The notes: generated by a model not told the origin, from the letters alone. DNA of 64,000 nt from a bacterium (GCA_963662285.2 CAXXMV010000008.1:480001-544000); one strand, 5' to 3'. Numbered from the stretch's first letter, positions 8,801 through 18,905 are shown. Program-made: numbers and translations.

Positions 8801-11375
8801 AACCAATCAATACATACTTTTTGGCGACCCGGCGGTACAGTTAGCGGTTCCTCAAGAGAATACGCCGGTAACTGTAGAACCGTTTTTCTTTGTCTCGAAC
8901 AATGAAGAACAATTCACCCTCAAAGCCAATACTAATGGATTCAAGGAGGGTAAAGCAATTGTCTCCATGACGATTGGCGGCGACAATATATATACCAGTG
9001 AACAGTTCGATTTCACCAATGGCGAAATCACTCACCAATTCTCTGCTCCGGTTGGATTGGTTTCCAATCCTACCGCTGCTATCCGTTTTTATGCCTGGAA
9101 TGAAGCCGAGAACCGCGATGCCTGGGGCGCCGCCCAGATACCCCAAAAAAGCGTTCGCCTGGAGTTGGATAATCCAAGCGTCTCATGGGATGGTGATGCA
9201 GCAAAGATACAATTCGATATCATCAACCAATCTCCCTTTGATTTCGAAAACGTCAAATATTCACTCAATATCGGTAATCAAGAAGTAATTGCCGAGGCCG
9301 CCAACATCCCGGCCAATTCATCCATAACTACTGTTTGGTCAGGAGAAGTGGTAGATTCCATCAATTGCGCTTACGCCTCAATCCCCGCCGATCAAGAACA
9401 AGGGATTCTCGCAACTCAGCAAAATCAACCGCTTATCATCCCATTATATAAATCCGGCTCTAATCCAATCGTTCCTCTGCTGGGCATGATATCTTTTTCC
9501 AGCAAAGAGTTGGTAGAAAACAGTAAAATCCGCATACAGCTGCCAGTACGCAATTTTTCAGAAGACCAGGAACGCTATCTTTCAATGTCCCTGTCGGGTC
9601 CCGGAGCGGCGACTGACGTAAAAAGCGCAACTCTTGCAGCCGGGCGCGAACGCCGTTTGGATTTCTCTATCATACTGCCCGAAGTAGGCGACTATGAATA
9701 TACGCTATCCACTCAAAGCAACGATGCTCAACAAACTTATTCAATCCCGATAAACGTCCTGGGCAAACCCGATCTGGCGTTTGCTGAAGGTGAATTTGAG
9801 GTAATGCCGGAAAAACCGGTTATAGGGCAAACGGTTTACCTTAAAACCATGGTTTACAATGTCGGTGATGGCCCCGCCTCTGATATTATCGTAAAAGCAT
9901 ACGATGGCGATCCGTCACTGAAACGGGAATTACGGGCCTACAACACCCATCGTTCCGCCTCCATCGACCACTTGGAACCGGGAGAGATGAAAGAAGTGAC
10001 TATCACCTGGGATCCCACATCCTATGAGGGACTGGGAACGCATGAAATACACTTTGTAGTAGATCCGCAAAAGCATATTGATGAACTCAGCGAAGATAAT
10101 AACCGTTATTCAGCACAGCTAACTCTCCATAATTTACCTGACCTGAAAGTTGATAAATGGATCGACCATGGATTCCTTACCAAAATCGATGATGGCATAC
10201 CAGTCTGGGGACAGCCGCTCAGCCTTCTGGGACGATTGCGCAATGTCGGTGAATCCGACGCGGAATATGCGCGTCTTACCTTCATTCATAATGCAAAGGA
10301 CATTACGCATTTCTTCGAAAAAATACCCAAAGGCGTAATAGAAGAGACGCGCATTGAAGTGCCGCTCTACGCCAGTAAAAACACTTTGCGGGTTGTAACA
10401 GACATTTATAATCTGATAGGAGAGATGAACGATTCGTATATCATAGGCGGGAATAACGTCAGCGAACAACGGCGGCTTGATTTCCAACTACGCATGCCTC
10501 TTGCTCCTATTGTTAATGGACGCCGCATCTATCGCGTTACTGATGAAGCAACTTTCTCCGCAGGACGTGGAGAATATCTGATCTATGACGAACGGCATGA
10601 AGAGTTGTTAATGCATCCTGATCTAAATACGATTCGTTATCGCATTGTTCCCGCATTCGTCACTAATTTAGACGATTATTCTCTTTCATATCCCAGCCAG
10701 AAGTGGCAATGGAACACCAAATACAACTGCTTCTATTCACCATTGGCAAAGGACGTTCCATTACAACTAAAACTACCGGCGCCCAATGGTATCTACGACG
10801 TCTATCTGCATCTATTCAGCGCTTCGTATGTTAAAAACATAACCGAACAGATTAAAATCAAAACAGCCCAAGATACCGATTACATAGAAGTTAAACATGG
10901 TGAAGTGAGCGACGGAGACTATATGCGTAAAATCAGTTCCGCCTACCACATTCGCGATGATCAATTTTTACTCGAACTGCGTCCAGTGATTGGAGGCATC
11001 TCAACGAGTTTAGGAGACATTAAATTCGTACGGACAGAATTGGCTAAGCCGGTCTCTGCCGGTTATTTGTCGCCATATTATCCCGCTGATGGTTCTGGCG
11101 CCGGTCCCGCAATTATAAGTTGGAATGCTGATATACCTAAAGGAACCCAAATGCAAGTCAAAGCGCGCTGGGTAATGAAAAATAAAGAAGGAACACTCCG
11201 TTTCTTCCCTTGGGCTAGAATCACTAATGGAGAAGACGGGAAACTTACCCTGCCCGGTAAAGGTCAATTCTTGCAGTATTACGTGAACTTCATTCGCTTC
11301 AGGACTGATTCGGAGTCGCCCAAATTGCATAGCATCACGGTTTCCATCCCTTGTAAGGAATCAACCAATAAGTAA
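5880..11375 (+). CDS. Large secreted C25 (gingipain/PorU-like) cysteine peptidase with CARDB/Ig domains
   Basis: Signal peptide; YDYIIITP, VQDIYDEFNYG, VFIGD, GRISV, YIGHGG (catalytic His), SWSCLTG (catalytic Cys), ILFGDPA; CARDB repeats (PDL...VYNVGD...VDPQKHIDELSEDNN). Confidence 0.88.
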   Translation: MRRLCVWFFIGILVLFVNVLSSQAISKPSLNSPARNSTFALLDSTRDSVRLNYRNESKKRHVLTNSSIYVGIPVDASYETNFISWDYRESASNGKTSKDINFSDLTEQERSIFNSDLRSSINIKRYAFQELDILKIEIDSSIKHKSANKQTISLNQLEFEIHWTESNAPQANAPNRPDAGYNRLFRNLCINGDMAPELRRKRILPEKELDAKFNPQIVGFKETGSLINLAKSPIASRADAVRVRIRDTGMLAIHTDDLTKQGVPTNRVALDQVRVWHEDKEIAVSIDDYNNNSVFDENDAIIFYGEESTSDYTKDSQYFLTWFELESPPKRIERQEIKLSENGSSSYNARQIVDDDVILVEEKSRKQYGWYLFEMDKKFKSLLLNLPDITEEGDISVKLESFNKTRLKSTGFTVQIVNAANIITATDIINGTVISDASAHYALSGRVNTATTYIFSASASQDLKSASLLITLDQEPEKYIAPKQGLSEKVGNVPHLFFNSIEVTYPRKAIMNDAPLLFDRACLAAEADAVVLHATAADRVVSAWVIDATGCFARLSIKPPISEKSILLPDQNWDRMELIYDDAIASPYTVDQDFDSSLHRKDQGYDYIIITPRFMTSEARKLARRRTQDGFNVLLTDVQDIYDEFNYGYPSCKAIKNFLRYAQSEWTGLSPEFVVFIGDCSWDHRDRSGEGAKDLLPTYTPDNNPMDDASDEWYAYLWGDSNDIFSDIITGRISVQTVEDLANYLTKLDTYESESKVGPWRARSVYITDDDDGQFKRFSITNSNKSLPDNYYPVFIHQEDYPLVTNPYLYYRFKDSKDPRHEEYRNKKYCPSCALDILKEFDKGSLVLQYIGHGGNQIWSEERIFYGTKSPKSSLLELKPTTRFPFVVSWSCLTGYLNFNIEPFTICMSEELIRYPDRGAIAVWGPSGGGTTNKHMGLSTLMLRNMTLDGLNRLGEAMTFTKVEYLQEDYSPDITNQYILFGDPAVQLAVPQENTPVTVEPFFFVSNNEEQFTLKANTNGFKEGKAIVSMTIGGDNIYTSEQFDFTNGEITHQFSAPVGLVSNPTAAIRFYAWNEAENRDAWGAAQIPQKSVRLELDNPSVSWDGDAAKIQFDIINQSPFDFENVKYSLNIGNQEVIAEAANIPANSSITTVWSGEVVDSINCAYASIPADQEQGILATQQNQPLIIPLYKSGSNPIVPLLGMISFSSKELVENSKIRIQLPVRNFSEDQERYLSMSLSGPGAATDVKSATLAAGRERRLDFSIILPEVGDYEYTLSTQSNDAQQTYSIPINVLGKPDLAFAEGEFEVMPEKPVIGQTVYLKTMVYNVGDGPASDIIVKAYDGDPSLKRELRAYNTHRSASIDHLEPGEMKEVTITWDPTSYEGLGTHEIHFVVDPQKHIDELSEDNNRYSAQLTLHNLPDLKVDKWIDHGFLTKIDDGIPVWGQPLSLLGRLRNVGESDAEYARLTFIHNAKDITHFFEKIPKGVIEETRIEVPLYASKNTLRVVTDIYNLIGEMNDSYIIGGNNVSEQRRLDFQLRMPLAPIVNGRRIYRVTDEATFSAGRGEYLIYDERHEELLMHPDLNTIRYRIVPAFVTNLDDYSLSYPSQKWQWNTKYNCFYSPLAKDVPLQLKLPAPNGIYDVYLHLFSASYVKNITEQIKIKTAQDTDYIEVKHGEVSDGDYMRKISSAYHIRDDQFLLELRPVIGGISTSLGDIKFVRTELAKPVSAGYLSPYYPADGSGAGPAIISWNADIPKGTQMQVKARWVMKNKEGTLRFFPWARITNGEDGKLTLPGKGQFLQYYVNFIRFRTDSESPKLHSITVSIPCKESTNK

Positions 11376-11509
11376 AAAAGTACTGCGTCTCGTTGACAAC
11401 AGCATTGATGATGATTACCGTTTTTGATGAACAATGAATCATTGCGCCCTATCCTCTAATTGGATAGGGTGTGTTGTACATTCTGGAATGGGGTGAATCA
11501 AATACTATT

Positions 11510-12925
11510 ATGGATATTCCTAAGTATATTGAACGCGCTCAAATGGCATTAAAAGAGGGCGAAATTGAGCTTGCCCAACAATATTTCCAACAGATTCTTA
11601 AACAATACCCTAATAATCCTGATGCTCTGGCAGGGATGAAGGCTATCAAGATCGCCTTCTCTAAAAAACGAATTCCATTTTGGATGCGGGAAATCAAGTT
11701 ACTTTGGTTATCCACATCTTGCCTGTTTGGACGCTCGGACAAGATATATCCCGAAATGGAGTTCCTGTATGATTGTCAACCGGATCACATTCGGACGGCG
11801 ATGGCCTTTGCTCAATGCGCCGAAAAATCCAACCATTTAGAAAAATCGCACGAAGCCTATCAGAATGTTTTGCATTCTAACGCTACACACGTCAAAGCCT
11901 TAGCCGGAAATGCCGAAGTACTGGTCAAACTGGATCGCCTTGAGGAAGCCGCGGAACTCTATAAACGCCTGCAAGCCTTAAAACCCGATGATGATAAAAT
12001 TACTCATCGATTACGCGACATATCCGCCCAATCTTACTCACGCACCGGCATCCCCGAAAATCTTCAACATCGCCGCGCTATGATTGAAAAAGAGAAACTT
12101 GAAGCTGACGCGCCCCCTGAAATCATGGAGCAGATGGAAGATTTGCTGGCTTCATTTAAGAAAAATCCAGCGGATAAAGAAGCTGGCGTGGAAATCGCAG
12201 TTAATTACCGTAAAGCTGAACTGTATGACCAAGCCAATAAAACCTTGGCCATCATTCTGGATAAAGATCCAAATTTTGAACCTGCGCGTCGTGAACAAGC
12301 CCGCGTCTGGAAACAGTCGGGAGAGTTTCCTATAGCTCAAAACCTCTATAAGGAATTACTCGAATCATCACCCGATGACAAAGCGCTTAGGGATGAGTAC
12401 TTACTGACCTGCATCGAGCTGTTAAAACAACAACATAAAGATAATCCCAAAGATAACCAGATATTTTCACAGTTGGAATCGATTAAAATCAAGCGTGATC
12501 ATAACCGCATAGAACTTCTGGAAGAGATTATCGCCAAACATCCGGAAATCTTTGTCGAACGTCTCGAACTGGGCGAACTATTGATTAGAAATGGTAAACC
12601 CAACGAAGCCATTCCCATTCTTCAGCGCGTTATTCATGAACCGGGATTCGCCGGCAAGGGTTTATTTCTATTGGGACAGTGCTTCCGCGCTAAAGGTGAC
12701 ACGGCGTTAGCGGTTCAACAATTCGAAAAGTCCCTGGTCTTCTTCAAAAACAAAAGCTATTCCCATGTGCTGACCAACGAACTTAAGTCAGTTTATTATT
12801 TTCTTGGAACAGCCAAAGAGGAATTGGGAGACAAACAGGGCGCCAGTGAAGCTTATGGGGAAGTTTACTCAGCCGATATCAATTTCAAGGATATCCGGCA
12901 ACGCTACGAAAACCTGTTTAAATAA
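11510..12925 (+). CDS. Tetratricopeptide-repeat protein
   Basis: Multiple TPR helices (AQQYFQQILKQYPNN, LFLLGQCFRAKG, YYFLGTAKEELGD) and a C-terminal DINFKDIRQR; alternative GTG start at 11471. Confidence 0.85.
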   Translation: MDIPKYIERAQMALKEGEIELAQQYFQQILKQYPNNPDALAGMKAIKIAFSKKRIPFWMREIKLLWLSTSCLFGRSDKIYPEMEFLYDCQPDHIRTAMAFAQCAEKSNHLEKSHEAYQNVLHSNATHVKALAGNAEVLVKLDRLEEAAELYKRLQALKPDDDKITHRLRDISAQSYSRTGIPENLQHRRAMIEKEKLEADAPPEIMEQMEDLLASFKKNPADKEAGVEIAVNYRKAELYDQANKTLAIILDKDPNFEPARREQARVWKQSGEFPIAQNLYKELLESSPDDKALRDEYLLTCIELLKQQHKDNPKDNQIFSQLESIKIKRDHNRIELLEEIIAKHPEIFVERLELGELLIRNGKPNEAIPILQRVIHEPGFAGKGLFLLGQCFRAKGDTALAVQQFEKSLVFFKNKSYSHVLTNELKSVYYFLGTAKEELGDKQGASEAYGEVYSADINFKDIRQRYENLFK

Positions 12926-12954
12926 AGCGATATCATCCTGAAACACCTTCCCTG

Positions 12955-14193
12955 TCAGCCTTTTCGGGAGATAACCAGCATAGTGACGTCATCTTGGAAG
13001 GGCTGCTCCGTCTGAATCGTACCGATTTCTGTAATGATCGCTTCAATAAACTCCTGCGGGGGCAGATCGTGATATCTTAAAACAAGTTTTTCCAGACGCT
13101 CCGGAGAAAATAATGCCCCGTTCACATCACGAATCTCCACCAGGCCGTCTGTAAATAAGATTAACTTATCATTCGGCTTAAAATCTATTTCCTTTTCATC
13201 ATAATCATCTGATTCAAGCAGTTTCAAGGGAAATCCATGCGCTGTCTTTAAGTATTCGACCGAATGCTCCTTGGCGCGATAATGCATCATCGGCTCATGC
13301 CCGGCGGAGGCGTAACGAAATCTCATGGCATCCAGATTCAATACTCCATAAAACATTGTTACATAAATAGTGGGCGCCAGATGCTCGTTCAATTTCTCAT
13401 TAGCGACCTTCAGAGCCGTGCTGGGGAAACGAAACGTGTTGATAAACGCATGCATCAAGGTATGAGTTATGGCCATGACAACCGCTGCGGATGCGCCATG
13501 TCCGGTTACATCAGCGATCAAAAATCCAAGATGATCATGTCCAATCTCTATAACATCAAAATAATCTCCTCCCGCCTGGGTGCAGGGACCGTAATAATGC
13601 CCGAATTCAATCTCCGCATGGCGGGGGAAACGGGAAGGAATAAACGAACGTTGAATCGATCCGATTCTCTTCAATTCCTGCTCAATCGTATGCTGCGCTT
13701 TGCGAAGTTCTTCGTTGGTTAGCTGTAGTTCCCGTTTGGAATGCAGTAAGGTCTGCTGAAGGTCGCGTATGCGAAGCATGGCGCGAACTCGAGCTAACAA
13801 TTCCGCTTTAGTCGGCGGTTTCACCATATACTCGTCGGCGCCGGCATCCAGACCTTGAACTTTACTATCCTCATCATCCAGATTAGTCAACATCATAACT
13901 GGAACATAATGATAAGGATTTGAGGCTTTTATTTTTCGGCATGCATCAAATCCGCTTATACCCGGCATACAGACGTCCATCAGCACCAGATCTGGTGGAG
14001 ATTGAAGTACTATTTCTACAGCCTCTTCTCCTGTACTTGCTCTTTCGATCTGATAATTCTCATGACGCAGAATCAATTCCAAGAGGTCGAGATTGGTCTT
14101 TTCATCATCGACGATTAGAACACGCCGTTTATAGTTTGCAAAATTATCCATTTCCATATCGCCAACTCGTACATAACCAGATTCTCCGCTCAA
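12955..14193 (-). CDS. Response-regulator receiver + PP2C/SpoIIE phosphatase (RsbU/RsbP-like)
   Basis: VLIVDD, LMDVCMP and KP receiver; coiled coil; GGDYFD, ADVTGHG, FTDGL, QDDVT. Start uncertain: TTG 14193 follows AGGAGG; 14211 and 14157 are alternatives. Confidence 0.92.
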   Translation of the reverse strand: MSGESGYVRVGDMEMDNFANYKRRVLIVDDEKTNLDLLELILRHENYQIERASTGEEAVEIVLQSPPDLVLMDVCMPGISGFDACRKIKASNPYHYVPVMMLTNLDDEDSKVQGLDAGADEYMVKPPTKAELLARVRAMLRIRDLQQTLLHSKRELQLTNEELRKAQHTIEQELKRIGSIQRSFIPSRFPRHAEIEFGHYYGPCTQAGGDYFDVIEIGHDHLGFLIADVTGHGASAAVVMAITHTLMHAFINTFRFPSTALKVANEKLNEHLAPTIYVTMFYGVLNLDAMRFRYASAGHEPMMHYRAKEHSVEYLKTAHGFPLKLLESDDYDEKEIDFKPNDKLILFTDGLVEIRDVNGALFSPERLEKLVLRYHDLPPQEFIEAIITEIGTIQTEQPFQDDVTMLVISRKG

Positions 14194-14430
14194 ACACCAT
14201 ACCTCCTTCATTCAGGGATTACAAGAAAGGGCGCCAAAAAGTATATAAATAAAATCAGGCAGAACATTCATCATAGTTTCACAAAACTTCTATGACATTA
14301 CATTTGATTGAAATTCAATAACAATGCATACTTCATATAAAGCATTCGGAGAGGTTCTCCATATTCTGCTATTCAGTTCGACCTATATAATATAGGTTGC
14401 TAAACAAGAGAATTCAAAAGGAGTTTTTAC

Positions 14431-14829
14431 ATGCCAGAGCAAATAGCAAACCATTCAACATTTTTATATCTAGTGCTCGGTTTAACTGCGGGAATCCTGG
14501 GCGCCACGTTTGGCGTTGGTGGAGGCATAGTAATGGTTCCGGTTCTGACCATAATCGCCTCCATGCCCCAAAAGGAAGCCCAAGGCGTTAGCCTATCCGT
14601 TATGATATTTCTGGCCATTACCGCATCTTTGCGATATCACCTTAATCCTGATATTCATATTGACTGGCGAATTGTGGCCATAATGAGCGTCACTATGATT
14701 ATTGGCGCCAATATCGGTTCAACAATCGCTTCAACTATTTCAAGCAAGTATTTACAAATAGGTTTTGCAATCCTTCTTTTCGCCGCAGGCATCAGAATGA
14801 TTCTAACCGCCCTGAAGCCGGTTGCATAA
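14431..14829 (+). CDS. TauE/SafE sulfite-exporter family membrane protein (half-length)
   Basis: GLTAGILGATFGVGGGIVMVP and AQGVSL; four TM helices; AAGGAG RBS. Confidence 0.85.
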   Translation: MPEQIANHSTFLYLVLGLTAGILGATFGVGGGIVMVPVLTIIASMPQKEAQGVSLSVMIFLAITASLRYHLNPDIHIDWRIVAIMSVTMIIGANIGSTIASTISSKYLQIGFAILLFAAGIRMILTALKPVA

Positions 14830-14939
14830 CCTGGCGTGTCTATCGATATAATTTTATGTGCAGATTTTATAAATGTATTTGATATAACAAGTTATCTTTT
14901 TTTACATCCCAATAACATTATCGTAAAGTAGGTTTCATT

Positions 14940-16208
14940 ATGCATTTAAGAATAACAATCATCGCCCTATTTCTCCTATTATGCAGCCTGATTATCTCTT
15001 CCGCTGACGCCTGCCGTTATAACGTGCGCGACGTGGGATTTGTAGAATTTGGTGAGGCGCCATACCATTTATATGTTTTTATAGATAATCAAACGCCCGA
15101 TGATATCACGGAAACCTTTCGTCAAATAGTTTACGCCGCTCTGCTGGAAAGCAATATCGAATTGACTATTGTCAATATTGATGAAGAGGCCGATCACCCG
15201 GCGTTATCTTATATCAAGCAAAAACCGATGCCTGCTTTACCCTTCGTCATTCTAACCTCAGAGAAAAACAGCCCTTTACCCATTGCAATTAAATCCGGGG
15301 AAAAGAGTTTTAAGGATAATTTATGGCAAACCATTGATCAGGTTGTCTCTTCTCCGCTGAGGGAAAGAATTGTGGATGACGCCATAGAACATTACGGAGT
15401 CCTGCTTTTGTTTGAAGGTGTGGATAAAAAGAACAACCAACAATCCCGGCAAATCGCCAATACAATTATTGAGCAAGTAGATAAGAATCTGATTTCGCTG
15501 CCCAAAGAAATTAAGAAGCCGCCAGTTCTACACATTGTAAAGAGAGAAGATTTTGCTAAAGAACAAGTATTAATGTGGGCTTTGGGAGTGGAGACCGATT
15601 ACCAGGAACCACAGGCTGCCGTTGTTTACGGAAGAGCGCGGATGATTGGTTCATTGCTCAAAGGCGAAGAGATTACCAGTTTTGCATTGGGGCATATAGT
15701 AACCACAATAGGAGAATCCTGTGAATGCGGTTTGGAAAGATCGTGGATGATGGGAACAATAATCCCATTCCGCTGGACTAATAGTTATAGGGAGAAAATG
15801 GCCGAACATCTGGGATTTGATCCTGATAATCCTTTCGTCAAGACAGAGATCAGCCAGATATTATCAACCAGTGCTTCCGGTCGCGTCCAAACCGGTCAAG
15901 GAGGCAATTCGACGGATTTATTGATGGGCTACAGCGAAATATCACTGGATTATAATACGTCCGATGTTGAGCAGGATCAGATGGAAAATGCTTCGCCAAT
16001 CACTGATATTACACCAGACATCAATACCCGGACAATCGAAGATCAGGAAACAACGCCTGATATAAAAACAGTAGTAACATCTGAAGCAATGGAGCCTATC
16101 CCTTCTCATAAATCGGTAACCGTATCATTATTAATAAGTTTTATTGTTTTATTTGTTGTGGTAAGTTTATTTGGGGGAATAATCCTACTGATGAGATTAA
16201 GAAGATAA
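14940..16208 (+). CDS. Exported protein with C-terminal membrane anchor, unknown function
   Basis: Signal peptide ending ADA-C; CRYNVRDVGF and SCECGL motifs; acidic linker; C-terminal TM helix followed by RLRR. Confidence 0.7.
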   Translation: MHLRITIIALFLLLCSLIISSADACRYNVRDVGFVEFGEAPYHLYVFIDNQTPDDITETFRQIVYAALLESNIELTIVNIDEEADHPALSYIKQKPMPALPFVILTSEKNSPLPIAIKSGEKSFKDNLWQTIDQVVSSPLRERIVDDAIEHYGVLLLFEGVDKKNNQQSRQIANTIIEQVDKNLISLPKEIKKPPVLHIVKREDFAKEQVLMWALGVETDYQEPQAAVVYGRARMIGSLLKGEEITSFALGHIVTTIGESCECGLERSWMMGTIIPFRWTNSYREKMAEHLGFDPDNPFVKTEISQILSTSASGRVQTGQGGNSTDLLMGYSEISLDYNTSDVEQDQMENASPITDITPDINTRTIEDQETTPDIKTVVTSEAMEPIPSHKSVTVSLLISFIVLFVVVSLFGGIILLMRLRR

Positions 16209-16338
16209 AATGAGATTACATATCCTAAAATCATATTTACTTTGACCTGTTCATCAATGCGTTTATCGTGAAAACTAATCGCTCAATGAAAAGCATTCTA
16301 TTTATGATTTTGCACAGACAATCTATTGAGAAAACACA

Positions 16339-17487
16339 ATGATTACGATTCACCACCTAATAGTTAAAGAGATTATTCATCGCAAATTTAATTTCTCTCT
16401 GAGCTTGTTGGCGGTCACCGTAGCAGTCGGGCTGGCGGTAGCCTTCTTCACCACAGGCGAAGCATCCAAACGGGAAACCATCCGCTTAATGCGCGACATG
16501 GGATACAACCTGCGCATTATCGCCAAAGATACCAATATGGACCTGTTCTATGCAACAGGCTATTCCGATAAAACTTTTCCCGTTGAGTACGTCGAAAAAT
16601 TCTCTGCGCAGAAAGGTTTGCTTTACGCTCACCTACTCGCCACCTTGCAAAAATCAATCGAATGGCGCGGCCATCGGGCTATCCTAACCGGCATCGCTCC
16701 TGAAATATCTCCGATCGGCAAGCAAAAACCATCCATGATCTTCAAAATCGCACCGGGAACGGTTTACATAGGCTATGAACTCGCACAGGCTTTAGCCATT
16801 AAACCGGGTGACGCAGTTGAGATAATGGGTAAAGCATTCACCATCGAAAATTGCTTGCACGAAGCGGGCAGCGAAGACGACATCCGTATTCATGCCAATC
16901 TTAGTGATGTCCAGAGTTTACTGCAACTCGACGGTCTGATAAATGAAATCCAGGCGTTGAACTGTCACTGCGTTCTGGAGGGCGTTGAACCGCTAACCTT
17001 ATTACGCGAGCAATTGGCCAAAGTACTACCCGATACCCACGTAATCCAGAAACGCGCTATCGCTGATGCGCGAACCAACCAACGCGTATTAATGGAGAAC
17101 TATTTCGCTTTGATATTGCCCTTTATCCTGATTGTATGCGCCATTTGGATTGGAACGCTGGCGTTGTTAAATACCCACGACAGAAAATCCGAAATCGGCA
17201 TTCTCAGAGCGCTGGGATATGGCAGTTGGAAAATTGCCTTCTTATTTCTGGAAAAAGCAATACTGGTCGGCCTGATAGGATCTGTTCTAGGATTCATTTT
17301 TGGAACCGGCATCGCCCTTATATATGGAGCTGATGTTTTCACGGTTACTTTCGAAAAAATTCAGCCAATCTACAGCCTTCTGATTATCTCCATTATCGCC
17401 GCGCCGGTATTTACGGCCGTATCAAGTTTCATCCCAGCCATGATTGCAGCCACCCATGATCCGGCTGAGTCGCTGCGTGAGGAATAA
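16339..17487 (+). CDS. ABC transporter permease, FtsX/MacB/LolE family
   Basis: N-terminal TM, periplasmic domain, DRKSEIGILRALG, then three TM helices and a DPAESLRE end. Confidence 0.9.
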   Translation: MITIHHLIVKEIIHRKFNFSLSLLAVTVAVGLAVAFFTTGEASKRETIRLMRDMGYNLRIIAKDTNMDLFYATGYSDKTFPVEYVEKFSAQKGLLYAHLLATLQKSIEWRGHRAILTGIAPEISPIGKQKPSMIFKIAPGTVYIGYELAQALAIKPGDAVEIMGKAFTIENCLHEAGSEDDIRIHANLSDVQSLLQLDGLINEIQALNCHCVLEGVEPLTLLREQLAKVLPDTHVIQKRAIADARTNQRVLMENYFALILPFILIVCAIWIGTLALLNTHDRKSEIGILRALGYGSWKIAFLFLEKAILVGLIGSVLGFIFGTGIALIYGADVFTVTFEKIQPIYSLLIISIIAAPVFTAVSSFIPAMIAATHDPAESLREE

Positions 17488-17491
17488 TGCC

Positions 17492-18157
17492 ATGACCATG
17501 ATTCACATAGAAAAGTTAACCAAAAGTTATCCCACCAAAAACGGCGAAGTCAAAGCCATAGATAATATTTGTCTTGATGTCGAGGAACGTGAATTCATAA
17601 TAATCCGGGGTCCCAGTGGAAGTGGAAAGACGTCTCTGCTGCTATCTCTGGGGGGCATGCTGCATCCCTCTTCTGGCCGGATCATAATAAATGATGAAGA
17701 TATCTACCAGATGTCTAATAAAGACCGTGGGCGCTTTAGAGCGCAAAAAATTGGCTTTGTTTTCCAGATGTTTCACCTTATACCATATTTAAATATCCTG
17801 GAAAACGTCGCGCTTGCCGCGCATCATAGAATTTCGACCAATATCAGGCGTGATGCAATCAGCATTCTGGAAGGTTTAGGACTTTCGCACCGCATCAATC
17901 ATAAGCCATCAGAATTAAGCGCCGGAGAAAGACAACGCACCGCTATTGCCCGCGCCATGCTCAACCAGCCCAAAATAATCTTAGCCGACGAACCAACCGG
18001 CAACCTTGACCCTGACAGCGCCAGCGAGGTCATGAATTATCTGGTGACATTCCATCGACGCGGTGGAACGGTGTTTATGGTTACGCATGGTGTAGAAGCG
18101 GATCAATTCGCTGACCGGGTCGTCCTCTTGAGAGATGGCATGCTGCAAGAAGCATGA
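17492..18157 (+). CDS. ABC transporter ATP-binding protein (LolD/MacB-type)
   Basis: GPSGSGKT, FVFQMFHL, LSAGERQR, ILADEPTGNLD, VTH. Confidence 0.95.
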   Translation: MTMIHIEKLTKSYPTKNGEVKAIDNICLDVEEREFIIIRGPSGSGKTSLLLSLGGMLHPSSGRIIINDEDIYQMSNKDRGRFRAQKIGFVFQMFHLIPYLNILENVALAAHHRISTNIRRDAISILEGLGLSHRINHKPSELSAGERQRTAIARAMLNQPKIILADEPTGNLDPDSASEVMNYLVTFHRRGGTVFMVTHGVEADQFADRVVLLRDGMLQEA

Positions 18158-18159
18158 TC

Positions 18160-18273
18160 TAGAGTAATTTTCATAATAATGTTCTGATTGGCGATTCGAA
18201 AAAGCCAGAAAAGATTGGCTTTTTCGAAAACCAAAGGTAATAATAAACGAACATAATTTTGATAATCGCTCTA
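18160..18273. mobile_element. Putative MITE-like element (family E, TAGAG...CTCTA ends) with internal hairpin
   Basis: Imperfect terminal inverted repeats tagagtaattttca / tgataatcgctcta; internal ttcgaaaaagcca...tggctttttcgaa; related ends at 44911-44952 and 54796. Confidence 0.45.
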
Positions 18274-18420
18274 ATACAGACCTCCATCGATTTAATTTCA
18301 AAAGGGGATTAAAATAAATCCTGCATATCAGCGCACATTGTCAATCTACATTATGAAGAATCGCCTGACGCACAAAATCTACTTATCCCTTTTCTTACGA
18401 GAAGGCTAGGATGAAGATAA

Positions 18421-18840
18421 ATGCCTCATTTTGATAAACATTTTACTCTTGCTGAAGCATTGGCCTTACTTCCCCGGATACGTGAAATCTTTTTTAGGAT
18501 TCAAAAGTTATTCGATGAAGCCCGGGAAGGTCACACGATTATACTGAAAAATCCCGAAGAACTGACTTCCGGTCGAACCAACGGCGATCAAAAAAAATTC
18601 AAACCCCACCGCAACCGCGAAGAAATAACAAATGAAATAAACGAATTGGTGATAGAAATTGCTGATCAAGGCATTGTTATTCAGGACGTATATCGCGGTT
18701 TGATTGATTTCCCTGCTTACGTCAAAGGAGAAGAAGTTTTCCTGTGCTACGAACTAAATGATGGTGATTCAATCAACTATTTCCATAGTCTTGATACGGG
18801 TTACGCAGGACGCCTACCGCTGCCAGAAGATACTGTTTAG
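18421..18840 (+). CDS. DUF2203-family protein
   Basis: FTLAEALALLP, GLIDFPA, VFLCY, and YFHSLDTGYAGRLPL. Confidence 0.85.
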   Translation: MPHFDKHFTLAEALALLPRIREIFFRIQKLFDEAREGHTIILKNPEELTSGRTNGDQKKFKPHRNREEITNEINELVIEIADQGIVIQDVYRGLIDFPAYVKGEEVFLCYELNDGDSINYFHSLDTGYAGRLPLPEDTV

Positions 18841-18865
18841 CTTAAGAAATCTCTTCCAAAAGTAA

Positions 18866-18905
18866 AGTAGTCCAAAATCCCGAAAAAATGGGATTTTGGA
18901 CTACT
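18866..18905. terminator. 16-bp perfect hairpin between convergent genes (terminator or REP)
   Basis: agtagtccaaaatccc-gaaaaaat-gggattttggactact; followed by a GTAG-type gtaggatgggaca...tgtcccatc element. Confidence 0.65.
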
